Part shown: in pieces, positions 41,494-48,816 of the stretch | Layout of the letters: the number at the start of each line of letters is the position of its first letter | Position numbering within the stretch: position 1 is the stretch's first letter | IMG/VR virus record: IMGVR_UViG_3300005805_000108 | Span: 1 to 56,889 of that record | From: a virus | Lineage: Duplodnaviria; Caudoviricetes | Reading direction: 5' to 3' (one strand) | DNA length: 56,889 nt | The notes under the pieces: generated by a model | Seen by the model: the letters and a program-made list of their open reading frames with translations, nothing else | Told to the model about the DNA's origin: nothing | The model's database searches: none | Made by a program: the position numbers and the translations under genes

Positions 41494-42348
41494 ATTAAAC
41501 ACAATTACTTAAATAACAAAGATATTCTTAAAGAAATACATAAAAGTAAAAATAGCTATTGTATCTATCAAGATACCCATTCTAGCGATTATGATATAAT
41601 TTTAGACAGTGTTAAAAAAATTAATAAAAAAAATATCGCATTAGCTCGGAAAAATCGTGCTGAGAGATTGGGGAAACTTAATTTTGAGCAGGCTCAACTA
41701 CTAAGTGCTGAAAAACTAAAATTCGATCAATTTGAAATCAAACATACAAAAATTCCCATCACAGATATAGTATTTAGAATTATGACTTGGGAACATATAC
41801 CTTTTGATGAAACAAAATCCAATAAAATTGCTCAAAATGAAATAATTGATGATGAAGAGCCAGTAATAACTGAATATGATGAAATAATTGTAGGCAAAAA
41901 CATCAAAGTAAATTTTCCTCCATTTTTTCATTATAAAATAGATCAAAACAGTGAGCCATATATTGTAGGTAAAAGTCATTGGAAAGGCGATTTGGTAAAT
42001 GGTGTATTTTCTAAAGATCACGGTAAGATGACTGACAAATTAGCTATTATGTTCATGAAACTCTGTGAGCGATATGCAACTCGTAGTAATTGGCGGGGAT
42101 ATACTTATAATGATGAAATGCGTAGTCAAGCTTTACTGCAATTAAGTCAAATCGGACTACAATTCGATGAATCTAAGAGTCAAAATCCGTTTGCTTACTA
42201 TACTGCAGCGATTACTAATTCATTTACACGAGTATTAAATATCGAAAAACGCAATCAAAATTTAAGAGATGATATACTGGAAATGAATAATTTAAATCCC
42301 AGTTATACTCGACAAAATATGCACAGCGGACTACATTATGATGAATGA
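41494..42348 (+). CDS. gp55: Late-transcription sigma factor gp55-like; probable AUU start
   Basis: NWRGYTYNDEM...FDESKSQNPFAYYT motif; frame is open 58 codons upstream of the track TTG (HNYLNNKDILKEI) up to ATT, 8 nt after AGGAG. Confidence 0.85.
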   Translation: MKHNYLNNKDILKEIHKSKNSYCIYQDTHSSDYDIILDSVKKINKKNIALARKNRAERLGKLNFEQAQLLSAEKLKFDQFEIKHTKIPITDIVFRIMTWEHIPFDETKSNKIAQNEIIDDEEPVITEYDEIIVGKNIKVNFPPFFHYKIDQNSEPYIVGKSHWKGDLVNGVFSKDHGKMTDKLAIMFMKLCERYATRSNWRGYTYNDEMRSQALLQLSQIGLQFDESKSQNPFAYYTAAITNSFTRVLNIEKRNQNLRDDILEMNNLNPSYTRQNMHSGLHYDE

Positions 42349-42353
42349 TCCCA

Positions 42354-42382
42354 TTGCTTTTGCTTGATCTATAGTGTAAACT
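42354..42382 (+). promoter_or_regulatory. Candidate sigma70-type promoter for gp47-gp46
   Basis: TTGCTT-17 nt-TAAACT, ending 6 nt before the gp47 ATG. Confidence 0.5.
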
Positions 42383-42388
42383 ACAGGG

Positions 42389-43405
42389 ATGGGAAATCTA
42401 TTTAAACGTGCATTGGTATTAACCGATCTTCATTTTGGTTTAAAAAGTAATAGTCAGGTACACAATGATGACTGTGCTGCTTTCATTAAATGGGCAATAT
42501 CAGTAGCCAAGGCGCAAAACTGTGAAACCTGTTTTTGTCTAGGGGATTGGCATAATAATCGAGCCAGTATAAATATTCTTACACTAAACTATAGTTTAGA
42601 GGCATTAGAACAATTAAATGCAAACTTTACAAATGTTTACTTTATTCCTGGCAATCATGATCTTTATTATCGCGATCGCAGGGATGTTCAAAGTGTTTCC
42701 TGGGCAAAACACCTTTCAAATGTTAGGATATGCAATGATTGGTTTATTGATAGCAACGTTATCATTGCTCCTTGGCTAGTAGCAGACGATCATAAACGTA
42801 TCCCAAAAATGTCAGCCAAATACATGTTTGGTCATTTTGAACTACCACATTTTTACATGAATGCTATGGTGCAAATGCCTGATCATGGAGAAATTAAGCA
42901 TGAACATTTTCAGGGCATTGAACAGGTTTTTACTGGGCACTTTCATAAACGACAACAACGTAATAATATCACTTATATAGGTAACTGTTTTCCTCATAAC
43001 TATGCAGATGCTGGCGATGATCAACGAGGTGTAATGATATTAGAATGGGATAAACCCCCTGAATTTCATAGTTGGCCACACCAACCAACTTATCGAAATC
43101 TTAATCTCAGTGATTTACTGCATAATGCTGACAATATTCTTCGAGAAAAAATGCATGTCAGAGTAAGTTTAGATATCGATATCAGCTATGAAGAAGCAAA
43201 TTTTATTAAAGAAACATTTATCGAAAGCCATAAATTAAGAGAAATTACTCTAATGCCTTCGAAAAATCATGATCTCACACAATATGAAATTAAGGGCAAT
43301 ATAGAATTTGAAAGTGTAGATCAAATTGTAACTAATCAATTAACTGCTATTAGTTCAGAGCACTACGATAATAAACTTCTATTAGACATTTATAGGAATC
43401 TTTAA
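42389..43405 (+). CDS. gp47: Recombination endonuclease subunit gp47 (Mre11/SbcD-like)
   Basis: Metallophosphoesterase motifs DLHFG, GDW, GNHD, GHFE, GHFH. Confidence 0.93.
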   Translation: MGNLFKRALVLTDLHFGLKSNSQVHNDDCAAFIKWAISVAKAQNCETCFCLGDWHNNRASINILTLNYSLEALEQLNANFTNVYFIPGNHDLYYRDRRDVQSVSWAKHLSNVRICNDWFIDSNVIIAPWLVADDHKRIPKMSAKYMFGHFELPHFYMNAMVQMPDHGEIKHEHFQGIEQVFTGHFHKRQQRNNITYIGNCFPHNYADAGDDQRGVMILEWDKPPEFHSWPHQPTYRNLNLSDLLHNADNILREKMHVRVSLDIDISYEEANFIKETFIESHKLREITLMPSKNHDLTQYEIKGNIEFESVDQIVTNQLTAISSEHYDNKLLLDIYRNL

Positions 43406-43675
43406 TTGTTAAAACTAAAAACGCTATCAGTTAAAAATTTTATGAGTGTAGGTAATGCTACACAAGGTATAGATTTTGATCGTAATGATTTAACTCTTGT
43501 CTTAGGTGAAAACCTTGACTTAGGCGGCGATGACAACGGAAGTCGCAATGGCACAGGAAAGTGTGTTTGTATAAATACATTAGTAAAAGTAAGAAACACC
43601 ATAACTGGTGAAATTTACGAAACTACTGTAGGAGATTTATATAATGCCGCGCTGGAACAACAGTCTAGAAGATAA
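43406..43675 (+). CDS. gp46: gp46 (Rad50/SbcC-like ATPase) N-extein (52 aa) fused to split-intein N-fragment (37 aa)
   Basis: KNFMSVGN...NGTGK (Walker A, truncated) then CVCINTLV...TVGDLY intein block A starting at Cys 43562. Confidence 0.9.
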   Translation: MLKLKTLSVKNFMSVGNATQGIDFDRNDLTLVLGENLDLGGDDNGSRNGTGKCVCINTLVKVRNTITGEIYETTVGDLYNAALEQQSRR

Positions 43676-45094
43676 TTGCAAATTTGTTTTAGATAATATC
43701 ATTAAAAACATACACCCGATTATGCACCAAATAACATTATCAGATATAATTTCAGCTAATTTAGAAAATAATAAAAAAGTAATCGAACTATATATTAGAT
43801 CTAAATTAGGCATTACATCTACGTTATCCAGAAAAACAAAACAATACTGGATCTCTAGAGGGTGGAGCAACGATGAAGCATATATAAAATCGAAAGAAAA
43901 TACACAAAAAAATATCAAAAGCGTTTATAGTAGAGAATTTTGGTTAGAAAGAATTAATCCAACAACTGGAATTAATTATACAATTGACGAAGCAGATTTT
44001 GAAAGAAATAGTCGTCGTCCTATTAGAAAAGAGTATTGGATTCAGAAAGGATATACTGACCAAGAGGCAGAAACTCTAGCATTAGAATCTAAAAATAATA
44101 ATAATAAACTAGGAGCAAAATCATCATCTACTTCTATTGTTCGAAATGTTACATCGAAAAGATGCACAGAATATTATACTGTTCGAGGGTATTCTATAGA
44201 AGAGGCTAAAATTCTTGTTTCCAACGGGCAGAAATATTTTTCTAAAGAAATTTGTATTAAAAAGTACGGAGAAAAGAAAGGGTTAAAAGTTTGGCAAGAT
44301 AGACAAAATAGATGGCAAAATACATTAGCCGCTAAACCCGACGAAGAAAAGTTTAGGATTAATAGATTAAAATTGTCAAAAGGAATAACTGTTTCAAAAG
44401 CAGAAAAAATTATTTTTGAACAAATTAAAAATATATTTCCAACAGTCAAACATCAGTTTACACTGTCCGATGAATCAAATAAAAAACAATATGTTTATGA
44501 TATTAATATTGACAAAAAAATTATAGAATACAATGGCGACTTTTGGCACTCAAACCCTTCTAAATATTCTTCAGATTTTACAAATCCAAGAACAAAACTA
44601 AAAGCACTTGACAAATGGGCAATCGACGCGGCTAAAATTAAATACGCAGAATCCCAAGGATATAAAGTATTAGTAGTTTGGGAATCAGATTTTAAACTAA
44701 ACAAAGAAAAAGTTATTAAAGAATGCATACAATTTCTAACACAGTAACAAGAAAATTCATCAACAGTATAGATCTATCTAATCTAGAAATAGAAACAGAT
44801 AATGGATGGCAACCTATAAGTGCAATTCATAAAACAGTCCCTTACAATGTTTGGTATATTGAAACCATCAATGGCTTGGTTTTAGAATGCGCTGACGATC
44901 ATATTGTTTTTGACGAAAATTTTAACGAAATATTTGTTAAAAATATTAAAAAAAATATTACAAAAATCTTAACAAAGAATGGAGCAGAATTAGTTATTAG
45001 TGTAGAGAAAAAGAATAGACAAGAAAATATGTACGATGTTACAGTAGATCATCCAACACATAGATTCTACACCAATGACATAATTTCACATAAT
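43562..45094 (+). mobile_element. Split intein plus intervening free-standing endonuclease gene (fractured-gene cassette)
   Basis: IntN 43562-43672, endonuclease 43644-44747, IntC 44723-45094; removal rejoins GTGK|TT. Confidence 0.88.
43644..44747 (+). CDS. Putative homing endonuclease, Vsr-like / PD-(D/E)xK catalytic domain
   Basis: C-terminal SKAE...YVYDI...IIEYNGDFWH...GYKVLVVWESD; N-terminal [YF]W..[RK]G[YW][ST]..EA repeats; AGGAGA RBS at 43630-43635. Confidence 0.8.
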   Translation: MPRWNNSLEDNCKFVLDNIIKNIHPIMHQITLSDIISANLENNKKVIELYIRSKLGITSTLSRKTKQYWISRGWSNDEAYIKSKENTQKNIKSVYSREFWLERINPTTGINYTIDEADFERNSRRPIRKEYWIQKGYTDQEAETLALESKNNNNKLGAKSSSTSIVRNVTSKRCTEYYTVRGYSIEEAKILVSNGQKYFSKEICIKKYGEKKGLKVWQDRQNRWQNTLAAKPDEEKFRINRLKLSKGITVSKAEKIIFEQIKNIFPTVKHQFTLSDESNKKQYVYDINIDKKIIEYNGDFWHSNPSKYSSDFTNPRTKLKALDKWAIDAAKIKYAESQGYKVLVVWESDFKLNKEKVIKECIQFLTQ

Positions 45095-46711
45095 ACTACT
45101 ATTGCCAATGCACTTAGTTATGCCCTATATGGCCAGGCTCTTACTAATATTAAGCGTGATAATCTAATAAATAAAACCAATGGCAAAAACATGTTGGTAT
45201 GCTTAGATTTTGAAATTAGCGGCGAACACTACAGAATCGAACGTGGGCGAAAACCCAATGTTTTGAAATTCTATGTTAATAATCAAGAACAGGAAAGTAA
45301 AGATGATAACAGTCAGGGTGATAGCAGAGAAACTCAGCGTGATATAGAAAAACTGGTAAATCTGACACATGATATGTTCAAACATATTGTGGCACTTAAT
45401 ACCTATACCGAACCATTTTTAAGTTTGAAAGCACAGGATCAAAGAACCCTTATCGAACAACTACTAGGTATCACCCTGCTAAGTGAAAAAGCCGAGGGGC
45501 TCAAAGAACAGAATCGAATCACAAAAGAAGCTATTACCACAGAAGAATTTAGAATCAAAAGCGTAATCGACAGTAATGATCGGATACGTGAACAGATTAA
45601 AAATTTAGAAAAACGACAAACGTTATGGCAACGTAAGCGACAAGAAGACATTCAAGCGTTGCAAACAGCCTACGATAATCTTGCACAGTTAGATATCGAG
45701 CAAGAATTACAAAATCATAAAGAGCTTGCAATACATAAACAAAAATCTGAAGCAATAGTTAATCTAAGCAGTCGTGTTAAAATAGCGAAAAAAGAATATG
45801 ACAGAGAAATAGTAACTTATAATACTCTGTGTAAAGATGTAGAAAGTTTGATTAACCATGTTTGTCCTAGCTGCAATCAAAAATTTCATAGTAAAAAACA
45901 AAAAGAGACATTGGAACTTAAGATTAAACAACGAGATGAATCTAATGTTTTAGTAGAAAAGTTATTAGAAACTTATAATAATTTAATCAATGAACTCAAG
46001 CAGTTAGATACATTAGGCGAAAAACCGACAACATTTTACGAATTAGAATCTGATGCGTTCGAGCATAGAAGCAGTATGGCAAACTTACTAACAAAGATTT
46101 CTGACAAGCAGGAAGAAGCAGATCCTTATTATGAACAAATACAGGAAATGAAAACCACTGCACTATTAGAAATAAGCTATGATACTATAAATGAACTAAC
46201 AAAAATTCGAGAACATCAGGAATTTTTATTAAAATTGTTAACAAACAAAGACAGTTTTATACGTAAAAAAATTATTGATCAAAATTTAAACTACTTAAAT
46301 GCACGATTACAAACCTATCTCGAAAGAATTGGATTACCACATACAGTAAAATTTCAAAATGATCTTACTGTAAATATTGAAGAGTTAGGTAGAGAGTTAG
46401 ATTTTGATAATCTAAGTAGAGGCGAACGTAATAGATTAATTCTCAGTTTAAGTTGGGCTTTTCGGGATGTTTGGGAAAGTTTATATACTCCGATTAATCT
46501 GTTGTTTATCGATGAGGTTGTAGATAGTGGTATGGATAGTTCAGGAGTTGAAAATAGTCTAGCGATCTTGAAAAAAATGAGTAGAGAGACTCATAAAAGT
46601 GTATGGTTAGTCAGCCATAAGGATGAACTAGCGGGACGAGTAAACAATATTTTGACTGTAATAAAAGAAAATGGATTTACCAGTTATGCAACTGATACAC
46701 AGATTAATTAA
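44723..46711 (+). CDS. gp46: Split-intein C-fragment (124 aa) fused to gp46 C-extein (538 aa)
   Basis: LECADDH (block B His), MYDVTV (block F), FYTNDIISHN|T (block G, +1 Thr); then TTIANALSYALYG, zinc hook CPSC, LSRGE signature, LLFIDE Walker B, VSH. Confidence 0.92.
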   Translation: MHTISNTVTRKFINSIDLSNLEIETDNGWQPISAIHKTVPYNVWYIETINGLVLECADDHIVFDENFNEIFVKNIKKNITKILTKNGAELVISVEKKNRQENMYDVTVDHPTHRFYTNDIISHNTTIANALSYALYGQALTNIKRDNLINKTNGKNMLVCLDFEISGEHYRIERGRKPNVLKFYVNNQEQESKDDNSQGDSRETQRDIEKLVNLTHDMFKHIVALNTYTEPFLSLKAQDQRTLIEQLLGITLLSEKAEGLKEQNRITKEAITTEEFRIKSVIDSNDRIREQIKNLEKRQTLWQRKRQEDIQALQTAYDNLAQLDIEQELQNHKELAIHKQKSEAIVNLSSRVKIAKKEYDREIVTYNTLCKDVESLINHVCPSCNQKFHSKKQKETLELKIKQRDESNVLVEKLLETYNNLINELKQLDTLGEKPTTFYELESDAFEHRSSMANLLTKISDKQEEADPYYEQIQEMKTTALLEISYDTINELTKIREHQEFLLKLLTNKDSFIRKKIIDQNLNYLNARLQTYLERIGLPHTVKFQNDLTVNIEELGRELDFDNLSRGERNRLILSLSWAFRDVWESLYTPINLLFIDEVVDSGMDSSGVENSLAILKKMSRETHKSVWLVSHKDELAGRVNNILTVIKENGFTSYATDTQIN

Positions 46712-46755
46712 ACTAAAATATTTGGATTATTTCTAAGACAACTATATATACAAGT

Positions 46756-47277
46756 ATGACTAGCCCTCAAAAAGCCAAAGGTGGCAGTTTCGAACGTGAA
46801 ATTGCACGATTTCTATCTGAACAATATAATGAAAGTTTCATTAGAGCGCCAGGTAGTGGTGCCTATGTGGGCGGATCAAACAATGCAAGAAAACAGATTT
46901 TACATGATAATCAAATCAGATCATTCAAAGGCGATATTGTACCAGGACAAAGTTTTGGTAGATTAAATGCAGAATGTAAAAGTTATAAAGATTTTCCATT
47001 TCATCAACTATTTCAAGGCTCAATAAAATTGTTAGATTCATGGATCGATCAATGTATGGATGTAGCTGACGAAGGCGATTTCAGCATTTTATTCATGAAA
47101 TTCAACAGAAAAGGCACTTACACAGCAATAAAACTCAGTGACCCACACAACTTAAATTTAACCAATCATATTATATATAACTCAAAAAATCATGGCTCTT
47201 GGGCATTCATGGCACTAGACACATTTTTTCAACTTAATCACGAACAATTTCAAATTCTTTGTAATAAACAGGCATAG
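46756..47277 (+). CDS. Holliday junction resolvase-like (Hjc-type PD-(D/E)xK) nuclease
   Basis: KAKGGSFERE, R.PGSGA, GDI, ECK motifs. Confidence 0.75.
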   Translation: MTSPQKAKGGSFEREIARFLSEQYNESFIRAPGSGAYVGGSNNARKQILHDNQIRSFKGDIVPGQSFGRLNAECKSYKDFPFHQLFQGSIKLLDSWIDQCMDVADEGDFSILFMKFNRKGTYTAIKLSDPHNLNLTNHIIYNSKNHGSWAFMALDTFFQLNHEQFQILCNKQA

Positions 47278-47605
47278 TTTGGTCGAGGTAGCTCGACTCC
47301 CATTGAGGTTGCCAGGATAACTTCCTGTTGCCATCGGATCTTGGGTGCTAAAGGGTAAGGCTAACTTAAGGCTCAAAATGGTGAGGCTCTGTGAAAAAGA
47401 TACAACCTCGACTTATAGAATCTGGTCTATTTCGGATTACTAGGGTACCGTTGACATGCGAATGCTGAGTTAGGGGGTACAGGTCAACCGCCTCCGCACT
47501 GATATAATCAGTAAAACTCTTAGATAGATGGTTGCGAGACTCGGATGAACAACTATGAATTCGCCCGGCAACGGGCGAATTCTGGCTGATTGATCTGGAT
47601 GAACC
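47273..47605 (+). ncRNA. Candidate large structured non-coding RNA (family not recognised)
   Basis: 48% GC over 47281-47580 (hand count) in an AT-rich genome; many helices including an 11-bp stem with GCAA tetraloop (47557-47582) and long-range complementarities. Confidence 0.6.
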
Positions 47606-47606
47606 T

Positions 47607-47673
47607 AAGAAAAGAAAAATAGAAAAAAATATCACTGAGCGTTAGCGAAGTGATAGATGTACGTAGTACATCT
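47607..47673 (-). terminator. Possible intrinsic terminator for the gp26-gp51 transcript
   Basis: Two adjacent hairpins (47655-47673, 47630-47655) followed on the - strand by a long U-rich tract. Confidence 0.5.
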
Positions 47674-47891
47674 TAAAAGTAAGGCAATCCTGTTTTCTTA
47701 GTAAGCTCTAAATTACTTTCAATTATATCAGCAATTAGTTTTTGTTCTGCAGCAGATAATGATAGTGCTTCCGCATAACTTAATCCACCACGCATATGCC
47801 AACAAAATGTTAATAACGTTTTTTTTAAGGCCTTTGAATCTTTGTCCATACGTTCAATTTCTTGGACAATTTCCTCGTCAGTTAAACTCAA
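47673..47891 (-). CDS. Baseplate hub assembly protein, gp51-like
   Basis: CWHMRGGLSY.EA..LS..E motif; directly follows gp26-like gene; TTG start. Confidence 0.6.
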   Translation of the reverse strand: MSLTDEEIVQEIERMDKDSKALKKTLLTFCWHMRGGLSYAEALSLSAAEQKLIADIIESNLELTKKTGLPYF

Positions 47892-47896
47892 AAGCC

Positions 47897-48760
47897 TTAG
47901 ACGAAAAAATGACTGGTTTCAAATTCGATTGGCGTTACATAAGATTTATTACAATCATCATGATCACAGGTTACAGTCAATTCTTTGCTTTTTTGTTGTA
48001 AATCCGAATATTCCTGCAATTTTGCCTTAATTGCATTCCATATATCTTTATTACAGTTAGCGAAAAATTCTTTTATAAACGCAGGATTATCTACTACTTC
48101 GCTTTTATCTATTTTTACCGCAGCTACAGATGCACTGACTTGTTCTACTGTAATATTAACTAGATTATTGAATATTTTACGAAACTCCGCAACTTTTTGC
48201 TCTTCGGGCAAACTGGTATCCTGTACTACAGATAATAATTTTTGTTGTTCAAAATTTTCTATACTGGTTTGATTGAAATTTGCAAAATTATTAGGTCTAA
48301 GAAAAATTTCAAGTGTATCAAATTTCATTGATTGATCATAGTCTGGACAGACAAATCTGGTAGTGTAAATGCTAAGATCTAATGCATGTTCATTTTTACG
48401 TTTACAGTGAGGACACACATTAGTAAATTCCATATGATTTCCGTATGTCGCCTGTCTGATACTGATTAAAATAGAATCTAAATCCACTAAGGGCATTGCC
48501 CAGGCATTACGTATTGCAGGAATACAGCTTTGAATTACATCAACTGTGCCCTGGCCATTCATTACTGCATCTGGTGTTTTCAATAATAACTCATCTCTTG
48601 CTGTCATTGCAAATACTGGTAACTCACCGTTTGCAGGCATTTCTATTGAATCTTTAGGCCACCAACGCCCTTTACTGGGCAATTTAAGATATATTTGAGG
48701 CTGTCTAAAAAATTTAGAAAGCGGGTTGACATTATCTTTGTTAGTTGAATGATCAGTCAT
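47897..48760 (-). CDS. gp26: Baseplate hub subunit gp26-like
   Basis: LPSKG, MTARDELLL, DLDSILISIR..TYG, CPHC and C-terminal CDHDDC...FF motifs. Confidence 0.75.
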   Translation of the reverse strand: MTDHSTNKDNVNPLSKFFRQPQIYLKLPSKGRWWPKDSIEMPANGELPVFAMTARDELLLKTPDAVMNGQGTVDVIQSCIPAIRNAWAMPLVDLDSILISIRQATYGNHMEFTNVCPHCKRKNEHALDLSIYTTRFVCPDYDQSMKFDTLEIFLRPNNFANFNQTSIENFEQQKLLSVVQDTSLPEEQKVAEFRKIFNNLVNITVEQVSASVAAVKIDKSEVVDNPAFIKEFFANCNKDIWNAIKAKLQEYSDLQQKSKELTVTCDHDDCNKSYVTPIEFETSHFFV

Positions 48761-48770
48761 ATCTAGATCC

Positions 48771-48793
48771 GATAAATAATATTTGTACTTATC
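48771..48793. promoter_or_regulatory. Opposed late-promoter-like boxes between divergent gp26 and tape-measure-like genes
   Basis: GATAAATA on + (48771-48778) and GATAAGTA on - (48786-48793). Confidence 0.45.
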
Positions 48794-48816
48794 TTATCAT
48801 AAAGTGCTTATAAAAT

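Noticed and set aside
41668-41670. TTG as the gp55 start
   Set aside because: It would drop the conserved-looking NYLNNK N-terminus; the upstream AGGAG plus ATT fits better.
43676-44722. Group I intron or ribosomal bypass joining the gp46 halves (both halves are in the same frame)
   Set aside because: The interval is entirely AT-rich endonuclease coding sequence with no visible intron core; same frame has a 1-in-3 chance. Not formally excluded without RT-PCR.
43406-46711. gp46 as a pseudogene or frameshift/assembly error
   Set aside because: Both parts have intact intein termini exactly at the Walker A junction, all ATPase motifs are intact, and the intervening ORF has its own RBS.
47278-47340. 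tRNA or tmRNA (CTCGACTCCC resembles a T-arm)
   Set aside because: No GTTC T-loop, cloverleaf or acceptor stem with CCA could be built.
47366-47635. 89-aa minus-strand ORF in the GC-rich gap
   Set aside because: No recognisable motif or RBS, atypical composition, begins in a terminator-like tract; better explained as a by-product of a structured element.
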